Shown piece by piece: positions 1 to 14,290 of a stretch of DNA of 64,000 bases; within the stretch, counting starts at the first letter, position 1, and each line of letters starts with the position of its first letter. This DNA is from the human T2T-CHM13v2.0 reference genome, Homo sapiens: assembly GCF_009914755.1 (NCBI RefSeq), contig NC_060931.1. One strand, written 5' to 3'. The notes beneath the pieces are model-generated. The model had not been told where the DNA came from. It did no database searches and saw only the letters and a list, made by a program, of their open reading frames with translations. The position numbers and the translations under genes are program-made.

Positions 1-274
1 TTGCTGGCAATGTTTGGCATTCTGTGGATTGCAGCTACATAACTCCACTCTGCCTCCATCATTAATGGCCTTCTGCCTGAGTGTTTTCATATGACCATCT
101 TCATATAAGGACACCAGTCATATTTGATGAGGGTTCCACCCTACTCCAGTATGACCTCATCTTCACTAACTACATCTGCAATGACCCTATATCCAAATAA
201 AGTCACATTCTGAGTGTCTGGGGATTAGAACTTCAACAGAGCTTGTTGAAGGGGGCACAATTCAATGCATAACA
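1..274 (-). mobile_element. MaLR LTR (MLT1B/C-like), truncated by window edge
   Basis: Typical motifs ataaggacaccagtcat, tatgacctcatctt, ccaaataaagtcacattctgag; ends cacaattcaatgcataaca. Confidence 0.8.
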
Positions 275-789
275 GGATGGAAACTAGAAACGGGTATGTT
301 TTTATCAGTGTAGAAAGATTTAGCTTAATTTTTCAAAGTGTAATAAAAACCCCAGGAAAACTCATACTCCCTCCTAAGAAGAGCAAAAGATGGAGAAACC
401 CGATGGTTACCTTCAAACAAAAGGAAAGGAGGAATAAGATGAAAAGGAATTAATCCAAAGCAAAGAGAGTGGCTTATATGGAATGTTGGTGCAACTTTCT
501 CTGACACATCTGTGCACTCATCAGCTGGGGCATCATCTCCCTGGGGTACATTTGGTCACTGTGTGCCTCATGGTAATAAACTCCAGAAGCCTCATTGACT
601 TGCTAGAGATGAGCTCATCCTTCTTGCTTGCTTAATGGCAAAATACAAAATAAGCAGTCACTGACATGGAACGATTTCAGGAATGCCAAAAGGTTCTCCT
701 TTTCCAAAATATCTCTTCCATCTTCCCAATACTGTTACTGACATCACTAACACCTCTCCACTTCCGGTTGAGACACCTGGGCCAGAGCT

Positions 790-980
790 CCTGATGTGGC
801 AGGCAGTGCCCTAAACGTTTTGCATAAATTAACTGATGCCCAGAGCAACAACCCTAAGATATAGGTACTATCATACCGCATCTTACAGATAAGAAACTTA
901 GGCACAAAGAGGTTTAGTAGTTTAGATGAGATAACCCTGATGAGCAGAGATTCGAACCCAGCCTCCATGCTATTAACCAG
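790..980 (-). mobile_element. MIR SINE
   Basis: Core ttacagataagaaacttaggcacaaagaggttt and gattcgaacccag. Confidence 0.7.
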
Positions 981-1109
981 GACATCATATTGCCTTTCAT
1001 ACATGCTCTTCAAAGGCAACACAGTAATCGATTATCACACTCACTCACATCTGATTGTCACATTTTTCAGATCTGCTCTCCTAGCAGAGAATGAAGCCTA
1101 AGGTATCCT

Positions 1110-1280
1110 TGTTTCTCAAAGTGTCCTCCCCAGACCAGCTGCATCAAAATGAGGGGATGAGGTGCAAATGCCTGGACCCTGCCCTTGGAGCACTGATTCA
1201 TAATCTCAAGTCCCAAGAATCTGCATTTTAACAAGCATCCCCAGAAATTTCTTAAGTATACTAATGTATGGGAACCACTG
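1110..1280. mobile_element. MER5-family hAT-Charlie DNA transposon
   Basis: tttctcaaagtg...aatctgcattttaacaagcatcccc...gggaaccactg. Confidence 0.7.
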
Positions 1281-1699
1281 ACACTAAAGAAATGGAATAA
1301 GGGGAACGTACAATGTTACAGTAAACCAGGAAAAGCCAGAAAGACATGACAACACAGTGAGGACTCTGGTAGCCAATGGTCAGTCAAATGCCCAGGGGCC
1401 CTGGCCAGAAGAGAGTTAGGTTGCTGAGGAGTAAGAGTGATGCTGAATGTGGAGGCTTGAGAGCAGAAGGAAGCCAGCCAGCTATATCCTCTTGCTTGGA
1501 TCACACACCCTTTCCTTGGTGGAAATGGTTATTTGCAGAGTTAGAGAAGGCATGTTTTACAGTTTGGATGGCAGGTATGGATGTAGACAATAAAGAGCAA
1601 CCAGAGTCCATGGGTTCAGAAATCCCCATGTGTTTCTGTTTGAATGAGACGCTTGCATAAACAGCACAAGGAGTTTGGGGTGGGGTTAAAGAGAATGGT

Positions 1700-1900
1700 G
1701 TGGTATAGGGAGAGCTGAATGAGGAACTGAGAGAGCAAAATCCTGTGTTTGGTTCAATCACTGATTACAACCTCCCTGAGGCTCGGTCTCCTAATCTGTA
1801 AAATGGGGGGAAATAATACCTGCCTTGCAGGTCCTCACACACAGGGCATGATGTGAATCCACTGAGGCATATAGCACTGTGTAACATGAGTTATTGCTAT
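1700..1900 (+). mobile_element. MIR SINE
   Basis: ctcggtctcctaatctgtaaaatgggggaaataatacctgcc core. Confidence 0.65.
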
Positions 1901-4099
1901 TCCAAGGCCCGTAAAAGGCTCTTGCCTTGGAATATATCTGCCACACCAATGCCTGCAGTCCATTAATGACACATAAAGGACACTGGAGATAACGATGTCC
2001 CTTGTTCTATGCATCCCTCCCACCCATGCCAGAAAAGAAAACACAGTCACCTGAAGTCATTCTAAAGAGTATGCCTGCCTCTTTTCCTGCACAGACACAT
2101 ATACACAGACACGCACATACACAGACCATGCACATACACACACACGGGAAAACATGAGGAAAAGTGGAGACAAGAGGCACCAAAGGACAAAGTCACTTTT
2201 GTCGCCTGTCCCTTCCCCAGCAGGGCTGGGCCTGGGCTGCTTCTCCTGCCTCCTCCCTGAAGCCCCCTCCTCATCATATTCCAGTGCGTGTCCACCACTT
2301 TGGGGCCAGGTCTACACAACTGCAGTGATTCAGGTCACGGGAGAAAACCCAAACAAGCACAAAACATGCTTCAACCTATATTTTCTAAATTGTTTTTCTT
2401 TAAAGGTGAAGACTTCTGAGCTTGAATTATCCCCTTGTCAGTGGGCTTTCCATGCTGTCCAAGTGACCTAAGTGATAATCAACCTCCATTTCATTTTGAG
2501 AATGGTTGTGGTATTTTAGAGCTATGGTGAATAAGAAAATCATTTAAAATAAAATGATTTTTATTTATTTATTGTTTTTATTTATTTTATCTTAAATGAA
2601 TTTTAAATCATTTAAAATAAAATAATGGGATAAAAGAGGATGCTAAAAATAATAAATATATATGTATCAAAGTGTGCTTGTAATACCAGGCAAAGAATTA
2701 ATAAGAGATAATATTATGGTTGGTGAAATGTTATGTATGGCTACATCCTTTCAATGAGCATTTATAGTTCCTTTAAAATATGCCTACTGAAGAAATATTT
2801 ACATGCTAATTAACATGTGCATAGTACCACTAGGTATTATAGAGGATACCAGATGTTTGTAGTAGACACAGACCTTGCCCTAAGTCCTGGTCTTGATGTA
2901 GTCACTTTTTAGTCACTACAGGTGACTACATTTAGTCACTACAAGTGACCTTCCTTCAATGGGGAAATAAAGGACTTTACAAAAGACGTAGAAGACAATT
3001 CTTAATATAAAAGTGATTTAGATCTTCACAAGTTTGTGAAGAGAAGCAGATGAGTGAAATAGAACACTATCAATGTAAAATATTATTCTGAGGCCTCTGT
3101 AATGACTGGGAAGCAACAAGAGGGAGGTCATTTCAGAGAGAGAGGCTCTAGGTTCCAAGCTGGATGCTCAGGTCAGTGACTGCAGGTCCCCTCCACACCC
3201 ATCACCCCACACCCTAACCCTCTTCAGTTGCTCACAAAGGTAGATAAATACCCACATTTTTGCCCTCTTCCATCTTGAAACCCTGGAAACCCTTGCTTCC
3301 GCCAGGGGAGGTTACTTAGTATCTGTCACCCCAAGGGAACCAACGTCGAAGCCCAAGAATAAGAGTCAATACTCCTACCAGAGGTTTACATTTTTCCCAG
3401 GGGTCTAGGTGGATATTCCTGGGAACCCCCGTCAACACAGGCATCTACAGTACAATCCAGGCCTCCTGTTTTCAGCAGGGGCTGCAAGAGCACTGCAGCC
3501 TTTTCCCCAGAGGTGTCAGTTTGGCCCAGTAAAGATTGCCCCTGAGAAAACACATGGGTAATTAGAGCAAAGTTCCTATGTTCTGGTAACATTTAATTGT
3601 GCTATTTCTCAACCTCCTCTGCACCCACACACTCACACACAACATTTATTCCACCGACTTCAAAGGAAGCTCAATGTGTTAAAAATATGTGTGGGAACAA
3701 AGAAGGGAGTTTGAAATTGGTCTAAACTCTGTATAACTGGGTTTGACACGTACATTAGGATTTTACAAGTATGTATTTAATCTTTTTTTAAAAAAAGCGT
3801 TTACATAGGGTTCAGAATAATGACAATAAATCAACATTTCTATTGTCCATTTGTGTGTTTTCATAGTAAATAATGCTCATTTATCCTTAACCAGTAATAC
3901 ATACTTATGGGCTTAAATTAGCAAAAGCCTCTCAAAAAGTAGCTCCACTCATTTATCCACCAGTGTCCAGATGCCATCCAGCACATGAGGAGCTCCCAGA
4001 AAGGAGCAGGGAACAAACTAGGGCTGTCAGGAGTGGAGGAGAAAGAATGGCATATGCAAAAAGGAGCTGTAATTAAATCCAAGGGAACATGGCACACTC

Positions 4100-4275
4100 T
4101 AGTCTTTTGCACGAGACAAAGGGCAATCCTGGTAAAAATACAGATCCCCAGGCCCCACCCCAAAGAGTCTGATCTGATTCTGAAATGGGGCCGGAGAATC
4201 TGCATTTTAACAAGCACCTTCACCAGGTGATCCTTTTGCTGAGAACCCCTGAGAAATGAGAACCCTGTGCTAGTG
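4100..4275. mobile_element. MER5-family DNA transposon
   Basis: aaaatacagatccccaggccccacccc...aatctgcattttaacaagcacc. Confidence 0.7.
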
Positions 4276-4639
4276 CTGAATGGAGCATTATATTCCAGAG
4301 TTGAAGTTTGGTGATCAGTTTTCCAGATGGAGCTGGTCCTTGGTGCATACCTGGGTATAAATCCAAGCCAATTCAGGTATATGAGCTGATATTTCAACCG
4401 AAACACTATCTATAGCCTAAATTTTTTCTAATATTCTGTTTGGTATGAATTCTAGAAAGTTGTAAATGCTATATTTCCTTCTCATCTATTTCTGGACTTT
4501 GTCCCAAGACCAAATCCCAGGGCATCTGATAGACATTCATTGCATACATTTTTCTGTAAACATGAAAACTGAATTGTCTAATAGAAAAGGGCAAGGAAGT
4601 AGAAAATAAGAAGTCATCATCAGAAGTGGTTTGTTTTGG

Positions 4640-5205
4640 AATTATATTGTCCAGCTGCGTAACAAATCACCCCCAAAATTGAGTCGCTTAGAACAACAAA
4701 CATTGATCCTCCACAGTTTCTGTGTGTTAGGAATCAAAGTGATTTAATTTAATGGTTCTGCTCAGGGTCTCTCAGGGGCTGCAATCCAGGTCTCAGGCTG
4801 GGATCCTTTCAAGGCTGAGCTGGGGAAAGTTCCATGTCTAAGCTCACTCACATGGCCGATGGCGGGATTCAGTTCCTCTTAGGCTGTCAGACTGAGGGCC
4901 TCCGTGTCTCAGTGGTTTTAGCCAGAGCCCTCTCTCAGTTCCTTTCCACATGGGCCTCTCCACAGGGCAACTCACAACATGGCAGCTGGTTTCCAGTAGA
5001 GCAAGCGAGTGAGAGAACAAGAAAGGCAAGGAAGGTGAATGTCCCAGTCTTTTGTAACCTCATCTCAGAAGTGTTAACCCATCACTTTTGCCATGTTTTA
5101 TTATTTAGAAGCAAATCACTAAGTCCAGCCCACAATTAGAGGGATGGCATTACACAAGGGAATGAACACCAGCAGACAGGGTCATTGAAAGCCATCTTAG
5201 ATGCT
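4640..5205 (-). mobile_element. MaLR LTR (MLT1F/G/H-like)
   Basis: gctgcgtaacaaatcacccccaaaatt...acagtttctgtg...cacaacatggcagctggtttcc...aagtccagcccaca. Confidence 0.75.
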
Positions 5206-5469
5206 GTCTATCGCATCTAAGTGTGATTTTTCCAGATGAAAAGAATATATTAATTTGTTTCAGTCTTAGTCGATGTGCCATCCCATTTGTGCTTTGCTAA
5301 AACTTGTATCAATGTAAAGCAAACATTTTCTGATACAATTTAGGTAGTGTATTGTGGTAATAGAGACCAGTAGTGTTGAAAAGATATGTTGAGGTCAGAA
5401 ATTAAGCTCATGTTTCTAAAAGAGGAGATATGTACAACTACTATGCAAGCCAACAGGAAAGAGTGTTTT

Positions 5470-5980
5470 AAGAATGCTTTCTGCTACAGGTAACTAAAAA
5501 CCTAAACAGCTGTGGCTTTAAAATAAAGGTATATCTAAGTCACATAAGCAAAAGTCTAGGGGTGGGCAGCTGCTGGCATTGCTTCAGTAGCTTGATAATG
5601 GCAAAAGCAGCATCTCTTCTATTTCCTTGGCCTTCTAATCATGCATGTCACCTCACAATCACAACATAGGCAACACCTCATATTCTAAGCAAGATGAAAA
5701 GGGCAAAGAGTCATGCCATATGCCTCTGTCTCTTTTCATAAGGAAGACAAAGCTTCCCTGGAAGTCCCCTCTAGCAGATTTCACTTAGATCTCATTGGCC
5801 AGAACTGAGTCACATGCCTGCCTTAAACCAATCACTCACCAAGAAGACTAACATTATCATGGCAAGTCTAAACCAACTGTGACTCATCTCTGAAATCAAA
5901 GGATTATTACCATTACCCGAATCCATCAGGATCCTGTTGGCAGAGAAGTGGGACTGTAAATTTTGAGCAGGCAACAAACA
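5470..5980 (-). mobile_element. MaLR LTR (MLT1J/K-like)
   Basis: ctcattggccagaactgagtcacatgcc, taaaccaatcac and related MLT1J motifs. Confidence 0.65.
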
Positions 5981-7929
5981 AGTCTTCTGTAAACTTCTTA
6001 TGTGTTGTTTTTTATGTGTTCTATATATCCAGTAGAATCACAATTTCCAATAACAGTCTAAAAAGATATTTTCCAATAGAAACAGAATGTGTAAGATCAT
6101 TACTTATGAAATCCCAAATGTACTTAAGGTTTCCTTCTTGAAAATTCCTTATTCAAAATAAAATGTCCAGATTTTGAAACCCAGAAAAGATTGTATATTT
6201 TAAAAATCCTGTGCACATGTAAACTGTTTTTCAAATATTGCCTTCAGATACATTGAACAGAATGAAATCTTCTGAGATTTACTACATCAGCCAAGTATTA
6301 TCAAAACAAACAGGACAGATTGCTTTTCTTGACGTCTGCTGCTTGATTTGTGTTAACTCATGTTTCTGAAATTGTAGTATCATAAGCCAATGCTGCACAA
6401 AGGTATTTCATGTCATTTATAAAAATCTAGTAATGTAAACTGTTAACTCCTTATAAAGCATCTGTTGACACACAAAAATATCACTGAAGTGCATTTATGC
6501 CTTTCTTCTTTAGGTCTGCATAATACTTCCCTCCAGAAGGCCAAGTTGTTCCATAAATTACAGAACAGAAAGTTGGTTGTGGGAGGAATAGCTCAACCTC
6601 ATCTGAGGCATCCCACTCTAAGAAACTAATGGCACCTACACCTCTTGGGCATTGAGTTTTTAAGCCAATTTTTAATTCTTGTTCTGCTCAAATTCTAAGT
6701 GAGCACATAAAGTGCTGCTCCAAGCAAGACCAGCCCTTGTAGAAGGGCAAGTGCAGTCAGTCCCCTAGGAAACGGGACTGGGGAGTGATCGTTTCAATGA
6801 GAGATAAATCAAACTGATGCTAAACATGAACAATGAGCCCATTAGAGATTGTGAGAAAGAGGCATCATCATCCACTCAACAATAGGCCTGTGGGACCTCT
6901 TGATAGCCTGAGGATGTTTAATTTCAGGTGCAGGTATCCAGAATGTAGCAGCTAGACTGATCAAGGATGTGTGATGACAGCAAGCAGTAGTGGAAGAGCC
7001 CAGGAGAGTTCCTAAGCCTGAATTGCAATCCTGTGCTGCCATAAAATGGGAAGATATACTTGGTCCAGTCATCTGACAGCTTTGGTCATCAATTTCTCTA
7101 TCTCATATGTGACTCTATTGCTTTAAGAATCCCTTTAGCTTTAAATATCTATGAATCTGCTGAAGCAGCTGTGCTTTGATTGATGTGGAACTCTGAACTC
7201 CCTTAAATACAAAGACCAATTATTTAGCCGAGCTTTGTTGGATTCAGTGCATTCTGAATACATGTCAAAATATACTTGGATTTGTAAAAAATATTCCTTC
7301 CTGTTTTTTTCACCATAGATAGATGTACAAAAATGTCCGTGTTCATACCGTGGAAAGGACATTTCTCATAAACTCACACAGAGATACCTTTCAAGTCAAT
7401 GCCTTAGAAAGCAATGAGAGATTTAAAGGAGACCTAGAGATATGAATGGAGTAGGCAGAGAAGGTATGTGAGGAGAATGATGTAACTTCCTAGGGAAAAA
7501 GTATGAAGCACAAGGCTGGACATAGACCTGGGAATCAGGAAATTAGAGTTCTAATTGCAGCTTTTCCATTGATTCACTTGGGATCTTGAGAATATCTGTC
7601 TCATTTTAATCATTCTGGGCCACAGTTTCCATATCTGTCAATTAGAGTAAGAGTCCCTGGCTGGGTGCCCAGGATTGTGAGAACATACCATTCAGAGCCA
7701 TAAAAATGCAATCAGTACCAATAATGTACTAGTACCAGTACCTAGGATGCAAAACATCCTAGATACTAGGTGTCCTAACTTAAAGTGGAAACATTAACAA
7801 GAGTAATTCTTTGAATCATCAAACTGGGAATATTTTAGGAAGCATATCTATCTGGGTGAAAACTAAACAAATAAGACAATTGTAAAGGCTTGTGATCTCA
7901 GGAATACAAAGGCAAAAATGCGCAGACTT

Positions 7930-8070
7930 GAAATATGACAAGTTCTAGTTTTGTCACTTAGCATCTCTGTGACCTTGGATAATTTCTTAACCCCCGGCAG
8001 TATTCTCATCTGTAAAATGGGAATAATGACATGCACTTCAGTGGTTTGTGGTGAAGATTATTACAAATAG
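7930..8070 (+). mobile_element. MIR SINE
   Basis: tgtgaccttggataatttcttaacc...tctcatctgtaaaatgggaataat. Confidence 0.7.
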
Positions 8071-8176
8071 AAATTAGCTCTTTTGAGCCACTGGTGGGGT
8101 TTAAATTCCCAGCCCTTATGTGCTTTGCAGCTGTTAGTTCCTCTTATTACAATTGTCTATTTAAAAACCTAGTCAC

Positions 8177-8684
<508 letters not shown>

Positions 8685-11337
8685 TCACCAAAAGCAAGAG
8701 ATTTTTTAAATGCTACTATTTTTTGGGCATTTACTAATCATATTGCTATGCTCTGCACCCAAGCTAAGTAATTTAAATAAATTATCTCATGTACTCCTCT
8801 AAAACTAATTACTGCTGTGTAAATGGAGGTAGAAAGAAACTAAGCTTTATTTCTGCCTCTATTGTTTCTTTAACCTGCCTTGCTTCCTTTTTCAGTTGCA
8901 CCTAATTGGCTGTACTTTTAGTTTTCTTTAAAACTGCCTTAAATTTCAAAGACTAAAGCAGCAATAACTAACTGAATATATTTATATAACATGTTATTTT
9001 TGTCATGTTGCTTTCCACCCCTGGAGACCTGCTCTAAATTCACTTGGACGTTTGAGGATAAATCATGCTCACTAGCAGTTTCTGAAAATGCAGTTTCACT
9101 GAAAATGCAGGCATCCAGAAATTTAGTAAGCAACTTAAAAGAAAGTGTAAGAATCTCCTATGTATTCATTGAAAAATAATTTGAATTTATGCTTAGAAAA
9201 ATAGAATTATTATTAAGAAATCTTACACACTCATGTTTTTAAATATCTTCACTAAGGACCAATTGTGTATATGGTGTAACACTGTCCTCAAAGAACATGC
9301 CGGGAGAATTGTTGCAGTTACCAGAGGGTTAAATTTGGCAAACTCTTTTTTATTAACGTGCCTTTTAATTATGAAATAGCATACTCACCTTAGATAAAAT
9401 TTGAAAACCATTTTTGTAAAGTGGTACAATATTGAAGAAAGTTGATAACTTTCAGACCAGATTTAAGCCTCAAATCTACCTCTCTTTTACCTGGACAACT
9501 CATTAGCATTTCTGAACCTCACATTTTTTCTATAAAGTGAGAATACTATATTATAGAGTTGTTGTCAGTTAAATGAGAACAGTGTCTGATCACAACTAGT
9601 CAACAAATGTTCACAACTCTTCCCCTCCTAGGAAAAGAATCTCAAGGCAGACCTGCTTCGGGTCTGCTCTGTAAAGAGGTAGGAATCCTCTGCTCCTGGT
9701 AAATTGCTTCCTAACCTTCTTTGGTAATAGACTATTTTTTAATAAAGGTGATGGATCATTTCCCATTATACACTCAAAATGTGTGTACCCATTTCAGGGC
9801 AGTCATGGATGACCATTGCCCATCTTTTGACCCCAGATTAAGAACACCTGCTGTAGTATTTTAATTCTGCCTTCAAATCCTCTTACAAAACAAAGACATC
9901 TTTAAAAAATAAAATTCTTTAGGTGTCTTGCAGTTGAATGCAGGAAAACCAGAGCCCCTTATTTTTGATAGTTTTGGGAAGAATGCAGTGTCAGAACACA
10001 AACCCATAATAGACAAATAATTTGCACAGAAACTTCATAAAAGTATTGACCTGATTTGCCATGTATTTGCCACCTTTTAAAACACACAACTAAATGTTTA
10101 CCCTGTGTCTAGATCCAAATGGGTGAAGAAAAATGAGTGACAATACATCTACTTAAGCTCACTTACATAATTGTGGCCATACCGTTTTTTTCACATTACA
10201 TTATTAGAACATTGGACAATAAGTCAAGAAACAGAATGTTCTACAAAATAAACTTTAAAAATTGGTAAGCATCATGTGCTTTTTCCAGAAGACATTTTAT
10301 TTTGTTGAATCAAAGGTGGCTCTTTGGCACTGAGTAGCTCCGTGGAGTCATGGCAGTCCTCATTCCCTAATCCTGAGCCTGCCTGAGTCGCTGCTGTCAG
10401 TCATCCACTTGTTGGGATTTCAAACTGCATTAAATCCCCTCCTATAGCTGTCACTGCCAAGCAGTTGCACTGGCTCTGTCCTACCTTTCTGTTGGTAATT
10501 CTGTTTTTAATCCTATGCTTCAGTGTAGTTTATATAAATCTTTACAGAGGGATAAAACTTCCTGTAATTAATTGTTTGGGTGAACATGTACCTGGGAGAG
10601 CTATTGGGAAAGGGGCCAAATTTGCATTCCAGCTCCTTTCATCCCCACCCTTGAGCTAACCAAGTCCTGTGGATTCTTCCCTTAGCATCTCTGGAACCTT
10701 CTTTTCTTTTCTTTTTTTTATGACCACCTTTCCAGTCCTGGCCCTTCAAACTTGAGTGACAGCAACAGTCTCCCTGCCTTGAGTCTCTTTCCTCCTTCTC
10801 CCAGTGTGCATACGGTTGTCAAACTCATCTTGATAAACTACTGCATCGATTGTGGCTACACTCCCCTGCTCCCACATCTTCCATAGACCCCACTGTCTGT
10901 AAAATAATATTCAGTCTGGCCTCAACCTGTCTTTCCGGCCTCGGTGACACAGGTCTATTCTGCCTGAGACACTTACTATGACACCCTTGCTTGTTCCTGG
11001 GGCTTTGACACATTTCCAACGTCCCTTTGTTCTTCCTCTCCAAATCAGCCAATTGCCCAAGCCCTGCTCAAATCTCCCACCTCATGAAGCCTTCTTGATG
11101 CCTCCCAGCACACCATGATCTAATTTCCTGAAGTAATTATGCTAATTGGGCATTTGAAGAATTGTTAACCGATTATCAACTAACTGCCCCTTAACATTGC
11201 ATGTGTAGTTGTCTTCAAAGGCAGTTAAATTATGTCATGTTCCTTACATTGTACTGAGTGCCTCGTATCCTTATCCATGTTTGGGGGTTTTACTTTAAGT
11301 CAAGAAATTTAATCACATCCATTTGGTTTTCTCTAGA

Positions 11338-11931
<594 letters not shown>

Positions 11932-11935
11932 TTAG

Positions 11936-12277
11936 ATTGACTTTGAAGATGTGATTGCAGAACCAGAAGGGACACACAGTTTTGACGGCATTTGGAAGGC
12001 CAGCTTCACCACCTTCACTGTGACGAAATACTGGTTTTACCGCTTGCTGTCTGCCCTCTTTGGCATCCCGATGGCACTCATCTGGGGCATTTACTTCGCC
12101 ATTCTCTCTTTCCTGCACATCTGGGCAGTTGTACCATGCATTAAGAGCTTCCTGATTGAGATTCAGTGCATCAGCCGTGTCTATTCCATCTACGTCCACA
12201 CCGTCTGTGACCCACTCTTTGAAGCTGTTGGGAAAATATTCAGCAATGTCCGCATCAACTTGCAGAAAGAAATATAA
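11936..12277 (+). CDS. CAV1: Caveolin-1, final coding exon (exon 3; residues I66-I178 plus TAA)
   Basis: Polypyrimidine tract and AG at 11934-11935, then the frame [36 protein letters not shown]...NLQKEI*. It contains the caveolin signature FEDVIAEP, the scaffolding domain (11984-12043), the intramembrane hairpin, wild-type P132 (CCA 12134-12136) and palmitoylated C133/C143/C156. The ORF track starts it at an internal GTG (11951). Confidence 0.99.
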
Positions 12278-14175
12278 ATGACATTTCAAGGATAGAAGTA
12301 TACCTGATTTTTTTTCCTTTTAATTTTCCTGGTGCCAATTTCAAGTTCCAAGTTGCTAATACAGCAACAATTTATGAATTGAATTATCTTGGTTGAAAAT
12401 AAAAAGATCACTTTCTCAGTTTTCATAAGTATTATGTCTCTTCTGAGCTATTTCATCTATTTTTGGCAGTCTGAATTTTTAAAACCCATTTAAATTTTTT
12501 TCCTTACCTTTTTATTTGCATGTGGATCAACCATCGCTTTATTGGCTGAGATATGAACATATTGTTGAAAGGTAATTTGAGAGAAATATGAAGAACTGAG
12601 GAGGAAAAAAAAAAAAAAGAAAAGAACCAAAAACCTCAACTGCCTACTCCAAAATGTTGGTCATTTTATGTTAAGGGAAGAATTCCAGGGTATGGCCATG
12701 GAGTGTACAAGTATGTGGGCAGATTTTCAGCACACTCTTTTCCCACTGTTTAAGGAGTTAGTGGATTACTGCCATTCACTTCATAATCCAGTAGGATCCA
12801 GTGATCCTTACAAGTTAGAAAACATAATCTTCTGCCTTCTCATGATCCAACTAATGCCTTACTCTTCTTGAAATTTTAACCTATGATATTTTCTGTGCCT
12901 GAATATTTGTTATGTAGATAACAAGACCTCAGTGCCTTCCTGTTTTTCACATTTTCCTTTTCAAATAGGGTCTAACTCAGCAACTCGCTTTAGGTCAGCA
13001 GCCTCCCTGAAGACCAAAATTAGAATATCCATGACCTAGTTTTCCATGCGTGTTTCTGACTCTGAGCTACAGAGTCTGGTGAAGCTCACTTCTGGGCTTC
13101 ATCTGGCAACATCTTTATCCGTAGTGGGTATGGTTGACACTAGCCCAATGAAATGAATTAAAGTGGACCAATAGGGCTGAGCTCTCTGTGGGCTGGCAGT
13201 CCTGGAAGCCAGCTTTCCCTGCCTCTCATCAACTGAATGAGGTCAGCATGTCTATTCAGCTTCGTTTATTTTCAAGAATAATCACGCTTTCCTGAATCCA
13301 AACTAATCCATCACCGGGGTGGTTTAGTGGCTCAACATTGTGTTCCCATTTCAGCTGATCAGTGGGCCTCCAAGGAGGGGCTGTAAAATGGAGGCCATTG
13401 TGTGAGCCTATCAGAGTTGCTGCAAACCTGACCCCTGCTCAGTAAAGCACTTGCAACCATCTGTTATGCTGTGACACATGGCCCCTCCCCCTGCCAGGAG
13501 CTTTGGACCTAATCCAAGCATCCCTTTGCCCAGAAAGAAGATGGGGGAGGAGGCAGTAATAAAAAGATTGAAGTATTTTGCTGGAATAAGTTCAAATTCT
13601 TCTGAACTCAAACTGAGGAATTTCACCTGTAAACCTGAGTCGTACAGAAAGCTGCCTGGTATATCCAAAAGCTTTTTATTCCTCCTGCTCATATTGTGAT
13701 TCTGCCTTTGGGGACTTTTCTTAAACCTTCAGTTATGATTTTTTTTTCATACACTTATTGGAACTCTGCTTGATTTTTGCCTCTTCCAGTCTTCCTGACA
13801 CTTTAATTACCAACCTGTTACCTACTTTGACTTTTTGCATTTAAAACAGACACTGGCATGGATATAGTTTTACTTTTAAACTGTGTACATAACTGAAAAT
13901 GTGCTATACTGCATACTTTTTAAATGTAAAGATATTTTTATCTTTATATGAAGAAAATCACTTAGGAAATGGCTTTGTGATTCAATCTGTAAACTGTGTA
14001 TTCCAAGACATGTCTGTTCTACATAGATGCTTAGTCCCTCATGCAAATCAATTACTGGTCCAAAAGATTGCTGAAATTTTATATGCTTACTGATATATTT
14101 TACAATTTTTTATCATGCATGTCCTGTAAAGGTTACAAGCCTGCACAATAAAAATGTTTAACGGTTAAACAGTCA
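12278..14175 (+). other. CAV1: CAV1 3' UTR (long form); 3' end approximate
   Basis: Repeat-free stretch from the stop codon to AATAAA at 14147-14152, followed by U-rich and GU-rich downstream sequence. Confidence 0.9.
12398..12403 (+). terminator. Proximal polyadenylation signal (short 3' UTR isoform)
   Basis: AATAAA ~120 nt after the stop codon, followed by T-rich sequence. Confidence 0.6.
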
Positions 14176-14290
14176 GCTTTATTATTTTTTCCCAAAACAG
14201 GTGTTTATGTGTCAGAGTCTGTGTATGTCTATGTATTTGTATGTAATGAGCATGTGCATAGTGTGTGTATGTGTTTGTATGTGTTTGTGG
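14147..14290 (+). terminator. Distal polyadenylation signal and downstream U/GU-rich element
   Basis: AATAAA 14147-14152, upstream TGTA (14126-14129), T-rich 14178-14190, GT-rich 14200-14290. Confidence 0.88.

Noticed and set aside
3918-4406. Longest ORF in the window (162 aa, minus strand)
   Set aside because: Runs through a MER5 element inside the CAV1 intron; no recognisable domain.
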